From contig CALWRM010000015.1 of assembly GCA_944383925.1 (NCBI GenBank), forward strand, positions 57,229 to 121,228: a stretch of 64,000 nucleotides of DNA, in the 5' to 3' direction. Shown piece after piece: positions 53,552-62,272 of this stretch. This stretch comes from an uncultured Clostridia bacterium. Its GTDB lineage: Bacteria > Bacillota > Clostridia > Christensenellales > UBA1750. Each line of letters starts with the position of its first letter. The stretch's first letter is position 1. The position numbers and the translations under genes were made by a program. The notes below the pieces were generated by a model, which was given only the letters and a program-made list of their open reading frames with translations, was not told the DNA's origin and did not search any database.

Positions 53552-53905
53552 GTGCCCAAGAAGGGGGATTTCGTGGTGGCCGTGGCGGTGTTTTTGCTGG
53601 CCCTGCTGCCGCTTTTGTTTCTCTGGACCCCGAAGGGGAACACCGCGGTGGTGCGCGTGGACGGAGAGGCGGCGCTGCGGATCGACCTGGACCGCGACGG
53701 CCTGTATCCCGTCCAGACGCCCTATGGGGAAAACCTGTTGCAGGTCGAGGAAGGGCGCATCTTCGTGTCGCAGGCCGATTGCCCGGACGGGCTCTGCCTG
53801 AACCAAGGGGCCATCGACCGAACGGGCCAGAGCCTCGCCTGCCTGCCCCACAGGCTGAGCGTGACCATCGAGGGGGAGGGCGGCTATGACGCAATCGCCA
53901 AATAG
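53552..53905 (+). CDS. NusG-domain-II-containing membrane protein
   Basis: N-terminal TM segment followed by VRVDGEAALRIDL...NLLQVEEGRIFVSQADCPDGLCLNQGAI...LACLPHRLSVTIEG. GGGGGAGG lies upstream of GTG 53552. Confidence 0.7.
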   Translation: MPKKGDFVVAVAVFLLALLPLLFLWTPKGNTAVVRVDGEAALRIDLDRDGLYPVQTPYGENLLQVEEGRIFVSQADCPDGLCLNQGAIDRTGQSLACLPHRLSVTIEGEGGYDAIAK

Positions 53906-54398
53906 CCGCGCCGTCCGCCGGCTATGCGTCAGCGGCGTGCTGGGGGCGTTGGCCCTGGCGCTGTCCTATCTGGAGAGCCTGATCCCCCTGCCGGTGCCCC
54001 TGCCGGGGGTGAAGCTGGGCTTGGGCAACCTGTGCGTGCTGCTGGCGCTGTACCTGTATTCCTGGCGCTGGGCGGGGCTGGTCCTGGCGGTCAAGGCGCT
54101 GCTGAGCAGCCTGCTGTTTGCCGGCCTCGGGGCGCTGCCCTACGCGCTTTGCGGCGGCTGCCTCGCGCTGCTGGTCATGGCCTGCCTCAAGCCCTGCAGG
54201 GCCCTTTCGCCCGTCGGGGTTTCCATCGCGGGCGCGGCGGCCCATGGCCTTGGCCAGGTGCTTCTGGGCGCCTGGCTCACCGCCACGCCGCAGCTGCTCA
54301 TGTATGCCACGCCCTTGATGTTGGTGGGCCTTTGCACCGGCGGCGCCCTCGGCTGGTTCGTGTTGTGGTGCGAGCCCAGGCTGCGCCGCTTTGCCTAA
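53886..54398 (+). CDS. Gx transporter family membrane protein (heptaprenyl-diphosphate-synthase-component-I-like)
   Basis: Five or so TM helices and an N-terminal LSYLESLIPLPVPLPGVKLGLGN signature. It overlaps the upstream gene by 20 nt. Confidence 0.7.
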   Translation: MTQSPNSRAVRRLCVSGVLGALALALSYLESLIPLPVPLPGVKLGLGNLCVLLALYLYSWRWAGLVLAVKALLSSLLFAGLGALPYALCGGCLALLVMACLKPCRALSPVGVSIAGAAAHGLGQVLLGAWLTATPQLLMYATPLMLVGLCTGGALGWFVLWCEPRLRRFA

Positions 54399-54475
54399 GG
54401 GCGCGAGGGGCGGGATAGAAAAAGCCGGCCTTGGTGGGCCGGCGAAACAGGGACGCTGGAGAGAGGAGGGAACGT

Positions 54476-55426
54476 TCAGTCCTCCCGATCCTTGGACTTG
54501 TACAGGCGGCGGTTTTCCAAGGCGCGCACCCGCTCGGAGAACTGCCCGGCCGGCGTGGACCGGAGGGCCGTTTCCATCTCCACCATGCGGGCGTCCAGAA
54601 CATCCAAATGGTGCAGGAATTCCGCTTCCGGGAACATCGGCGGCCTGGGAGAGCCATATTCCGGGGTGTCGTGGTGGGAGAGCACCATGTGCTGCAGCAG
54701 CAGGCTGGTCTCCTCGTCCAGCCCGAGGCTGGCGGCCAGGCGGGCGATGTTGGAGACGCCCAGCACCAGGTGGCCCAGCAGCATGCCGGCGGGCGTGTAC
54801 TCCGTGGCGATGCCCATGGGGCCGGCGTTGATCTCCTGAATCTTGCAAAGGTCGTGGGCGATCACGCCGCAGAGCACAAGCTCGCGGTCCACATACGGGT
54901 AGATGGGCAGCAGGGCCTTGGCCGCCCGGAGCATGGTCACCGTGTGGTGCAGCAGGCCGGCGCGCTCGGCGTGGTGGTAGCTCACCGCGGCGGGCCAGAT
55001 CAGCAGCTGCTCGCGGTTTTCCTCCAGCAGGGTCTGGGCCAATAGGCGCAGGCCTTCCTTGGAGAGGGCGCCGGCCGTCTCGTAGAGCTCCCGATACATG
55101 GCCTCCGGGCTCTCCGGCGCGCAGGGAACCAGCTGGCTCCAGTCCACCTCCTCGCCCTGCACCTGCCGCAGCTTATCCACCCGCAGCTGAAGCTTGCCCG
55201 CAAACTCGCCCACAAGGCCGCGCAGCAACACCACCGTTCCTGCCTCGGGCACGGGGTTTTCTCCCCAATTCCAGGCCTTGGCGTTGATCTCGCCGCTGGC
55301 GTCCATGAGGGTGAGGTCCAGATATTTGGAGCCGTTGGAGGAAACGCGCAGGGAGGACGCCTTGACCAACGCGATGCCCTCCACGGCGTCGTCCTTGCGG
55401 CGATATGCAAAATGGATGCTTTCCAT
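54476..55426 (-). CDS. yhaM: 3'-5' exoribonuclease YhaM (OB fold + HD domain)
   Basis: N-terminal OB fold (SSNGSKYLDLTLMDASGEINAKAW) and HD-domain motifs (HHAERAGLLHHT, HDLCK). Confidence 0.85.
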   Translation of the reverse strand: MESIHFAYRRKDDAVEGIALVKASSLRVSSNGSKYLDLTLMDASGEINAKAWNWGENPVPEAGTVVLLRGLVGEFAGKLQLRVDKLRQVQGEEVDWSQLVPCAPESPEAMYRELYETAGALSKEGLRLLAQTLLEENREQLLIWPAAVSYHHAERAGLLHHTVTMLRAAKALLPIYPYVDRELVLCGVIAHDLCKIQEINAGPMGIATEYTPAGMLLGHLVLGVSNIARLAASLGLDEETSLLLQHMVLSHHDTPEYGSPRPPMFPEAEFLHHLDVLDARMVEMETALRSTPAGQFSERVRALENRRLYKSKDRED

Positions 55427-55469
55427 ATGTTAAGCCTCTCCTTACTTGTGTTTTTCGCGGCAAACCCTA

Positions 55470-55478
55470 TGCTATAAT
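55470..55478 (+). promoter_or_regulatory. Extended -10 element upstream of apgM
   Basis: TGcTATAAT. The 12-mer CTATGCTATAAT (55467-55478) is identical to the one at 35109-35120. Confidence 0.45.
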
Positions 55479-55557
55479 CCTATCATACCATAAACCTACG
55501 CCCAAGGAAACCGAAAGGCAGAGAGGTTCTCTGGCAGGAAAGGAAAGTGTAGAAAAA

Positions 55558-56793
55558 GTGAAATATGTGCTCATCATCGGCGACGGCATGGCCGATTTTC
55601 CCATGGAAGCGCTGGGCGGAAAGACCCCCTTGGAAGCCGCCCGCAAGCCCGTGATGGACGCCCTGGCCATGCGCGGGGTGGTGGGGCAGGTGCGCACCGT
55701 GCCCATCGGCGTGCCGCCGGGAAGCGACACCGCCATCCTATCCATTTTCGGCTTCGATCCAAGAAAGGTCTACACGGGCCGCTCGCCCCTGGAGGCGGCC
55801 GGCTCCGGCGTGAAGATGGAGGCGGGCAACGTCTCCTTCCGCTGCAACCTGGCGGCCCTGAGCACGGACGGGGCGAGCTACCAGGACCAGACCATGATTT
55901 CCCATTCCGGCGGGGCCATCGACGGCAAGGACGCCATGGCCTTGATGCAGGACCTGCTGGCGAATCCCGGCTTTGCCGCCCTGTCGGAGCGGGCCGGCAT
56001 GCGCTTTACCATCAACCCCTCCTACCGCCACATCGCCGTGCTGGACGCCGGCTCGTCGGAGGTCTCCCTGACCCCGCCCCACGACATCCTTGGCCAGCGC
56101 ATTGCGGCGTATTTGCCCAAAGGGGCGGGCGATCGCATGCTCCTGACGCTGATGGAGGCTTCCTTCGCCTTCCTGAACGCCCATCCCATCAACCGGGAGC
56201 GGGTGCGCCGGGGCCTGCCCGCCGCCAATTCCCTGTGGTTCTGGGGCCAGGGCAGCGCCGTCGTGCTGGAAAGCTTTGAAAAGCTCTTCGGCCACACGGG
56301 CGATGTGATCACCGCCGTCCCCCTGGTCAAGGGCATCGCGGAGCTGGCTGGGCTAAGGCATACGGACGTGGAGGGCGCCAACGGAGAACTGGATACCAAC
56401 TACCAGGGCAAGGTGGACGCGGCCCTGCGCGCCCTGGAAAGGGACGACTTTGCGGCCATCCACATCGAGGCGCCCGACGAGATGAGCCACGCCGGCGATC
56501 TGGAAAAGAAGCTGCAGGCCATCGCCCTGATCGACGAGAAGGTGCTCGCGCCGCTGCTGGTCGGCCTGGACAAGACCAAGGAGCGCTACCGCCTCCTGAT
56601 CCTTTCCGACCACTATACCCCCATCTCCACCCGCACCCATGACGGCACGCCGGTTCCCTTCCTCTTATATGACAGCAAGGTCAACACGGCGCGCAACCTT
56701 CCCTACGGCGAGACCAATGCGGCGCAGGGGGGCTTGATGGAGGACGGAACCAACTTGATGCGCCTCTTGTTCCAGCTGGAGCCCAAGCGGTAA
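55558..56793 (+). CDS. apgM: Cofactor-independent phosphoglycerate mutase, archaeal-type (ApgM; family also annotated as proposed homoserine kinase)
   Basis: KYVLIIGDGMADFPMEALGGKTPLEAARKPVMD and EAPDEMSHAGD metal-site signatures. GTG start at 55558. Confidence 0.8.
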   Translation: MKYVLIIGDGMADFPMEALGGKTPLEAARKPVMDALAMRGVVGQVRTVPIGVPPGSDTAILSIFGFDPRKVYTGRSPLEAAGSGVKMEAGNVSFRCNLAALSTDGASYQDQTMISHSGGAIDGKDAMALMQDLLANPGFAALSERAGMRFTINPSYRHIAVLDAGSSEVSLTPPHDILGQRIAAYLPKGAGDRMLLTLMEASFAFLNAHPINRERVRRGLPAANSLWFWGQGSAVVLESFEKLFGHTGDVITAVPLVKGIAELAGLRHTDVEGANGELDTNYQGKVDAALRALERDDFAAIHIEAPDEMSHAGDLEKKLQAIALIDEKVLAPLLVGLDKTKERYRLLILSDHYTPISTRTHDGTPVPFLLYDSKVNTARNLPYGETNAAQGGLMEDGTNLMRLLFQLEPKR

Positions 56794-56830
56794 CGGGGGC
56801 GCGGAGCATCGCGGAAGGGGGATAAGGTCC

Positions 56831-58009
56831 GTGGGACACAGTCGCGCGCGCCTGCTGGTGCTGGGCGGCGGCGCCGCCGGCCTGCTGGCGGCCCAGACGG
56901 CGGCCGCCAGGGGCTGGCGGGTCACGCTGCTGGAAGCCAACGATCGGGTGGGGAAAAAGCTGCTGGCCACCGGAAACGGCCGCTGCAACCTGAGCAATCG
57001 GGCAGCCCTTCCCGAAGCCTATGGGCCGGCGGCCTCCGGCTTCTTGCTGGAGCCGGACAAGCTGCTCCAGCTTATGGAGGGCTTGGGCCTCGCCACGCGG
57101 ACCGACGAGGAAGGCCGCGTGTACCCTTTATGCAACCAGGCCTCCGCCGTGCTGGACGTGCTGCGCCTGGGGCTGGAGCGAGAAAACGTGGAGACGGTCT
57201 GCGGCTTTGAGGCGGTTTCCGCCGCCAAGAACGGCGCGGATTTTTGCCTTGTGGCGCGGGACGGCCGGCGGGTGACGGGCCAGCGGCTGCTGCTCTGCGC
57301 GGGCGGACGGGCCGCCTCCAAGGCCAACGGCTATGCCCTGGCCCAGGCCCTGGGCCATCGCCTCAACCCTCTGGCGCCCGCCCTGACCTACCTAAAAACA
57401 GACCAAAGTCTGGTGAAGGGGCTGCAGGGCCAGCGCCTGCACGGCCGCATCCGCCTTTGCCGGGGGCAGGCCGTGCTGGCGGAGGAGGAGGGGGAGCTGT
57501 TGTTCAAGGAAGGGGCGCTGAGCGGCATCGCGGTGTTCGACCTTTCCCGCGCCTGGGCCGGGGCCAAGGCCGCCTGCGAGCTGTCGGTGGACCTGCTGCC
57601 CGGCTGGGACGGGTTCCGGGTGCGGGGCGAGCTGGAAAGGCGCGCGGCCCTGTTTCCCCGGAGCGAGCAGCTCTTGACGGGGCTGTTCCCGCGCCTGGTG
57701 GGCCAGCGGCTGCTGGACGCCTGCGGCCTGCGCCCCCAGGCTCCGGCCCCGTCCCAGGCCTTGGACCGTTTGGCCGCGCTACTTCGGGATTGGCGCTTCC
57801 CCGTCACGGGCAGCGGGGGCTTCGACCAGGCCCAGCTGACCCTCGGGGGTGTTCCGCTGGACGAGGTGGAAGCGGGCAGCCTGCGCTCCCTGCGCTGCGA
57901 GGGGCTGTCCTTGGCCGGCGAAATGCTGGACCTGCACGGCCCCTGCGGCGGATTTAACCTGCACCAGGCCTTTTCAACGGGCTATTTGGCCGCCGCGGCC
58001 CTGCGCTAA
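56831..58009 (+). CDS. HI0933/BaiN-like NAD(P)/FAD-dependent flavoprotein
   Basis: LVLGGGAAGLLAA dinucleotide-binding motif and the TGNGRCNLSN family motif. Confidence 0.8.
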   Translation: MGHSRARLLVLGGGAAGLLAAQTAAARGWRVTLLEANDRVGKKLLATGNGRCNLSNRAALPEAYGPAASGFLLEPDKLLQLMEGLGLATRTDEEGRVYPLCNQASAVLDVLRLGLERENVETVCGFEAVSAAKNGADFCLVARDGRRVTGQRLLLCAGGRAASKANGYALAQALGHRLNPLAPALTYLKTDQSLVKGLQGQRLHGRIRLCRGQAVLAEEEGELLFKEGALSGIAVFDLSRAWAGAKAACELSVDLLPGWDGFRVRGELERRAALFPRSEQLLTGLFPRLVGQRLLDACGLRPQAPAPSQALDRLAALLRDWRFPVTGSGGFDQAQLTLGGVPLDEVEAGSLRSLRCEGLSLAGEMLDLHGPCGGFNLHQAFSTGYLAAAALR

Positions 58010-58047
58010 GCGGCCTGCCACAAATAGAGACAGAGGGGGAACGCGAT

Positions 58048-58527
58048 ATGCAGATCGGAGAATACCGAGCGGAGGATTTGCCGGCGCTGATGCGCATCTG
58101 GAACCGCGTGGTGGAGGACGGCATGGCCTTCCCCGAGGAGACGCCCTTGGCGATGGAGGAGATGGAGGGCTTTGCCAGGCAGCAGAGCTTTGTGGGCGTG
58201 GCGCGGGAGGGCGCAACGCCCGTGGGCCTCTATATCCTGCACCCAAACGGCATCGGGCGCAAGTCCCATATCGCCAACGCCTCCTACGCCGTGGACGCGG
58301 ATCGCAGGGGCTGCGGCATCGGCAAGGCGCTGGTGGCCCATTCCCTGCAAAAGGCCAAGGAGCTGGGCTACGTGGGCATGCAGTTCAACGCGGTGGTTGC
58401 CGGCAACCGCTCCGCCATCGCGGCCTATGAGGGGGTCGGCTTCCGGCGGATCGGCTGCATCGAGGACGGCTTTCGGCTCAAGAGCGGCGAACTGAGCGAT
58501 ATGTACATCTATTATTATCACTTTTGA
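58048..58527 (+). CDS. GNAT-family N-acetyltransferase
   Basis: VDADRRGCGIGKALVAHSL acetyl-CoA motif. Confidence 0.8.
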   Translation: MQIGEYRAEDLPALMRIWNRVVEDGMAFPEETPLAMEEMEGFARQQSFVGVAREGATPVGLYILHPNGIGRKSHIANASYAVDADRRGCGIGKALVAHSLQKAKELGYVGMQFNAVVAGNRSAIAAYEGVGFRRIGCIEDGFRLKSGELSDMYIYYYHF

Positions 58528-58545
58528 AAGGTAGGAGAGGCGCGC

Positions 58546-59442
58546 ATGTATATTCTCTCGCAGGTCAACAAGGAAACCATTTGGGGTTCCAGGGAGCTCA
58601 TTGCCTACGGAGCGGATCCCGCCCTGGATAAGGTGGGCTCCCTGTACACCCTGGCGGCCAACGAGGAGTTGAGCTGCAAGGTGCTCAACGGGCCCAACGC
58701 CGGCCGCCGGCTGTACGACGTTTATCGGGAAAACCCGCAGGCCTTCGGCATGGGAGCGGGGGAGAGCTTCCCGCTGATCATCTCCTTCATCAGCGCCGGC
58801 GAGGACCTTTCCATTCAGATTCACCCGGACGACGCCTATGCCCGCCGGGTGGAGAACAAGCCCTTCGGCAAGAGCGAATCCTGGTTCTTCCTGCGCAAGC
58901 CTACCAGCGGCGCCATCGCCATGGGCTGCAAGTGCAAGAGCCGCCAAGAGCTGGAGGAGAAGGTGGAAAAGGGCCTTTGGGATCAGGTGGTGGACCACCT
59001 GGCCGTGCAGGAGGATTCCTATGTCTACGTGACGCCCGGCACCCTCCATGCCCTCACCGCCGGCTGCATCGCCTATGAAATTCAACAGGCCACGGATGTG
59101 ACCTACCGCTTCTATGACTACGACCGCGTGGACAGCACGGGCAACAAGCGCCCCTTGCAGCTCAAGCAGGCCATGGACGTGGTCCAGGTGGAGAAAAAGT
59201 CCAAGGCGCAGCGCTTTGGCCATACGCCCCACATCGAGAAGGAATACGCCATCGAGCGCGTCAACCTGGAGGGCGGCTATGTCAACGGCCTTTCGCGCTT
59301 TGTTTGCCTGACCCTTTTGCAGGGCGAGCTCTACCTGGAGGGCCACGCGGTCAAGAAGGGCACGAGCGTCCTGGTGCTGCCCGGGGAAGAAATCGCCTTT
59401 GGCGGAAAGGCGCAGGCCGTGTGCGCCTTTAGCCGGCTGTAG
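58546..59442 (+). CDS. manA: Class I mannose-6-phosphate isomerase
   Basis: LSIQIHPDDAYA, GKSESWFFL and TPGTLHAL cupin metal-site motifs. Confidence 0.8.
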   Translation: MYILSQVNKETIWGSRELIAYGADPALDKVGSLYTLAANEELSCKVLNGPNAGRRLYDVYRENPQAFGMGAGESFPLIISFISAGEDLSIQIHPDDAYARRVENKPFGKSESWFFLRKPTSGAIAMGCKCKSRQELEEKVEKGLWDQVVDHLAVQEDSYVYVTPGTLHALTAGCIAYEIQQATDVTYRFYDYDRVDSTGNKRPLQLKQAMDVVQVEKKSKAQRFGHTPHIEKEYAIERVNLEGGYVNGLSRFVCLTLLQGELYLEGHAVKKGTSVLVLPGEEIAFGGKAQAVCAFSRL

Positions 59443-59497
59443 GCCGGGAGGACGCCTGTTCGATCCCCTGATTTGAAACTGTTTCGAAACACGGAAT

Positions 59498-59544
59498 AAA
59501 CCCGCTCGTGACAAATCGGATCCAAAAAACGAGCGGGTTTTTTA
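59498..59544 (+). terminator. Rho-independent terminator after manA
   Basis: AAACCCGCTCG-21 nt-CGAGCGGGTTT followed by TTTT. Confidence 0.75.
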
Positions 59545-60162
59545 TGGAATTGCTTGTATTAATTAAAGGTTATAAATGGAATAAGAACTGGGAAATAGGA
59601 TGTAATGGAATGAATAGGTTGGTCCAATCGGAAGGATGTGGCAGATGAAAATGAAAGATTTGCTTGAATGAAAACGCATATTCATAAGCTCTTTGCCTGA
59701 AAGCCAATGATATGAAAAGAGATATTGGGCCTTTTTGAGGACAAACAAGCGGTAATTAGGGGAGATATTAGAACGGAAGAGGAACGGCGAGCAAGCAGAA
59801 GGTGAAATTGGATGCAGGATCGATGCGTGAAGATCGCAAGAAGATTCCGTGGAAAAAGTTGAAATACCGGGAACGAATAAAAATTATATAATAATAATTA
59901 TATTTAATAAATATATGCCAGTAACATTATATCGTTTCCACCTAAGGGAAAACATGAAGACAGAGTTAAATCCTGGGGGAGATGACGAAAAACGGGGGGC
60001 TTTTTTTGAACAATTGTTTTAATTTGGCCTTGCAAAGCAAAATTATTGATGATATAATAATCCTCATCAAAGGAGGCAGCTTCGCCATATTCCCCGTTTG
60101 GATGCGGAGTTATATGGCGCTTAAGCAGCGTCTGGGAATCATCGATCGTTCATGATAAAAAG
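59545..60162. other. AT-rich, C-depleted non-coding island
   Basis: Sampled lines are 15-40% GC against more than 60% in the flanks. There is a strong G>C skew on the plus strand (for example 4 C vs 19 G in 59581-59640). No ORF has coding character. It includes a 40-nt pure A/T tract at 59880-59918. Confidence 0.8.
60030..60058 (+). promoter_or_regulatory. Extended -10 promoter for the ABC transporter operon
   Basis: TTGCAA (60030-60035), 17-nt spacer ending in TGa, TATAAT (60053-60058). Confidence 0.65.
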
Positions 60163-60177
60163 ATGGGAGGAGAAGCA

Positions 60178-61176
60178 ATGACCACGACCTTGTCTAACGA
60201 GACAAAACGCGCGATCAAGAAGAGAAAAAAGTGGGGCAGCGGCGAAGTAAAGCGCCATATTGCGTTCTTTACGATGCTGATCCCCGGGCTTGTGTTCATG
60301 TTCTGTTTCAATTACATGCCAATGCCCGCAATCGTGATGGCCTTTCAGGACTACAAGCTGATGATGCCTCCGGCCGATTCATTTGTTCAAAACCCGTTTA
60401 TTTACACGCTTTTGAATAACGATTTCGTCGGTTTTGGGAATTTCTCGTTCCTGTTTACCTCCAGGGACACGCAAATCTTCCTTCGCAACACCATTTGCTA
60501 CAACCTGGCCTTCATGTTCATCGGCCTGTTCTTCTCTGTCGGCCTGGCCATCGGCGTGAACGAGCTGCGCCAGCGTTTCCTGGCCAAGCTCTACCACACC
60601 ATCCTGTTCTTGCCCTATTTCCTGTCCTGGCTAATCGTTACCTACCTGCTCTACGCCCTCATCTGCTCCAACGGCGTGTTCAACAAGATTGCCACCGCCC
60701 TGGGCAGACCCACGATGAACCTCTACAACCAGACCTCGGCCTGGCCGCTCATCTTCGTCATCGCCAACATATGGAGGTACACGGGAAATAACTCCATCAT
60801 CTATCTGGCGACCATCACCGGCTTCGACCAACAGCTTTACGAAGCGGCTGCAATCGACGGCGCCGGCAAGTTCCGCCAGTTCCAGCACATCACCTTTCCC
60901 CTGCTGATCCCCACCATCGTGCTTTTGCAGATCTTGGCGGTCGGCCGCATCATGAATGGCGACTTCGACATGTTCTACTGCTTGCCCAACGGCGCAGGCG
61001 CCATTCGCGAAGCGACGCTTACCATCGACGTCTACGTGTACAACGCCTTGAAGTCCGGCGCGCAGCTGGGCTATCCTGCGGCGGCCGGTTTGTTCCAGTC
61101 CGTCGTCGGCCTGATCATGGTTGTGACCACCAACGCGATCGTTCGCAAGGTGCAGCCTGACATGGCTATGTTCTAA
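60178..61176 (+). CDS. Carbohydrate ABC transporter permease (LplB/YteP-like)
   Basis: Six-TM MalF-type layout with an EAAxxDGA loop (YEAAAIDGAGKFRQFQHITFPLL). GGGAGGAG RBS before ATG 60178. Confidence 0.88.
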   Translation: MTTTLSNETKRAIKKRKKWGSGEVKRHIAFFTMLIPGLVFMFCFNYMPMPAIVMAFQDYKLMMPPADSFVQNPFIYTLLNNDFVGFGNFSFLFTSRDTQIFLRNTICYNLAFMFIGLFFSVGLAIGVNELRQRFLAKLYHTILFLPYFLSWLIVTYLLYALICSNGVFNKIATALGRPTMNLYNQTSAWPLIFVIANIWRYTGNNSIIYLATITGFDQQLYEAAAIDGAGKFRQFQHITFPLLIPTIVLLQILAVGRIMNGDFDMFYCLPNGAGAIREATLTIDVYVYNALKSGAQLGYPAAAGLFQSVVGLIMVVTTNAIVRKVQPDMAMF

Positions 61177-61207
61177 ACCACAAACATAGAAAGGAGGCGC
61201 ACCCTGC

Positions 61208-62161
61208 ATGACGACAGTTGCTGAAGTGAAAAAACACGCAAAGAAAAAATACAAGGATATGAACGAGTTGTCCACGGCTGCTAATACGGCGTGGCACGTG
61301 ATCCTGATCATCGGATGCCTCTGCTGCATCCTGCCTCTGTGGATCGTTATCTCCGCTTCCTTGACCAAGAACCAAGCCCTGGTCATCAACGGCTACGGCT
61401 TCTGGCCCAGCGAGTTCTCGGTGGACGCCTACACCTTCATGTTCACCGGCGGCGCATCCATGGGTACCGCCTATAAGAACACCATCATCGCGACGGTTTC
61501 CGGCGTTATCCTGTGCACCATTTCCGTTGGCCTGTACGCCTATCCGCTGTCCCGGTCCGACTTCCGGTATACCCAGATCTTTACCTTCATTTCATTCTTC
61601 ACCATGTTGTTCAACGCTGGTACGGTTGCCAGCTACATGGTCAACACCCAAATCTTGAAGCTGAAGGATACGATGTGGGCCCTGTTCCTGCCGATGAGCT
61701 TCTCGGCCTATTGGGTTATCGTCATGCGTACCTTCTACAAGTCCAACGTGCCCGAGTCGGTCATCGAATCGGCTCGCATCGACGGCGCGGGCGAATGGAG
61801 AACCTTCCTGCAAATTGTTGCTCCCTTGGCCATCCCCGGCTTCGCCACCGTCGCGCTGTTTGCCGCCGTTGGCATTTGGAATAACTTCATGATGTGCTTG
61901 CTGCTCAACAACGACCGTACCTATTGGAACCTCCAGTACACCCTGTACTCGATCCTGAAGTCCATCCAGTTCCTGCGTGAGATGGCATCGGCCGGTTCCG
62001 GCTCCGGCGCCTCCGTCGCAACGACGGCCGTCGCGGACCTGCCCTCCGAGTCCTTCCGCATGGCCATGGCCGTGGCTTCCATGGGACCCATCATTCTGGC
62101 CTACCCCTTCTTCCAAAAGTTCTTCATGAAGGGCTTGACCATTGGTGCTGTTAAGGGTTAA
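61208..62161 (+). CDS. Carbohydrate ABC transporter permease (LplC-like)
   Basis: ESARIDGAGEWRTFLQIVAPLAIPG EAA loop. AAGGAGG RBS. Confidence 0.88.
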   Translation: MTTVAEVKKHAKKKYKDMNELSTAANTAWHVILIIGCLCCILPLWIVISASLTKNQALVINGYGFWPSEFSVDAYTFMFTGGASMGTAYKNTIIATVSGVILCTISVGLYAYPLSRSDFRYTQIFTFISFFTMLFNAGTVASYMVNTQILKLKDTMWALFLPMSFSAYWVIVMRTFYKSNVPESVIESARIDGAGEWRTFLQIVAPLAIPGFATVALFAAVGIWNNFMMCLLLNNDRTYWNLQYTLYSILKSIQFLREMASAGSGSGASVATTAVADLPSESFRMAMAVASMGPIILAYPFFQKFFMKGLTIGAVKG

Positions 62162-62202
62162 ACTTGTATACGGTTTCGCAATTAAAACAAAAGCGGTTAA
62201 AT

Positions 62203-62239
62203 GGGCGCCTCTCAGCGAGCCATTGCGCCGGTGGCGCCC
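62203..62239 (+). other. Intercistronic stem-loop between permease and binding-protein genes
   Basis: GGGCGCC-23 nt-GGCGCCC followed by CTTTAATAAAA. The T-run is not strong. Confidence 0.4.
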
Positions 62240-62272
62240 CTTTAATAAAACTAATCAGGAGGAGAAAACCGA

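Noticed and set aside
59563-59748. 61-codon minus-strand ORF inside the AT-rich island.
   Set aside because: It has no RBS, an implausible composition rich in Phe/Ile/Ser/Tyr/His, and lies on the pyrimidine-rich strand. It is most likely a chance ORF in AT-rich DNA.
59544-60022. Mini-ORFs on the plus strand of the island: 34 codons from 59544 (MELLVLIKGYKWNKNWEIGCNG...), 16 codons from about 59811, and 22 codons from 59954 (MKTELNPGGDDEKRGAFFEQLF).
   Set aside because: None has a convincing Shine-Dalgarno at proper spacing. The first starts inside the manA terminator T-run. They cannot be supported from sequence alone. I mention them only so they can be checked against ribosome profiling.
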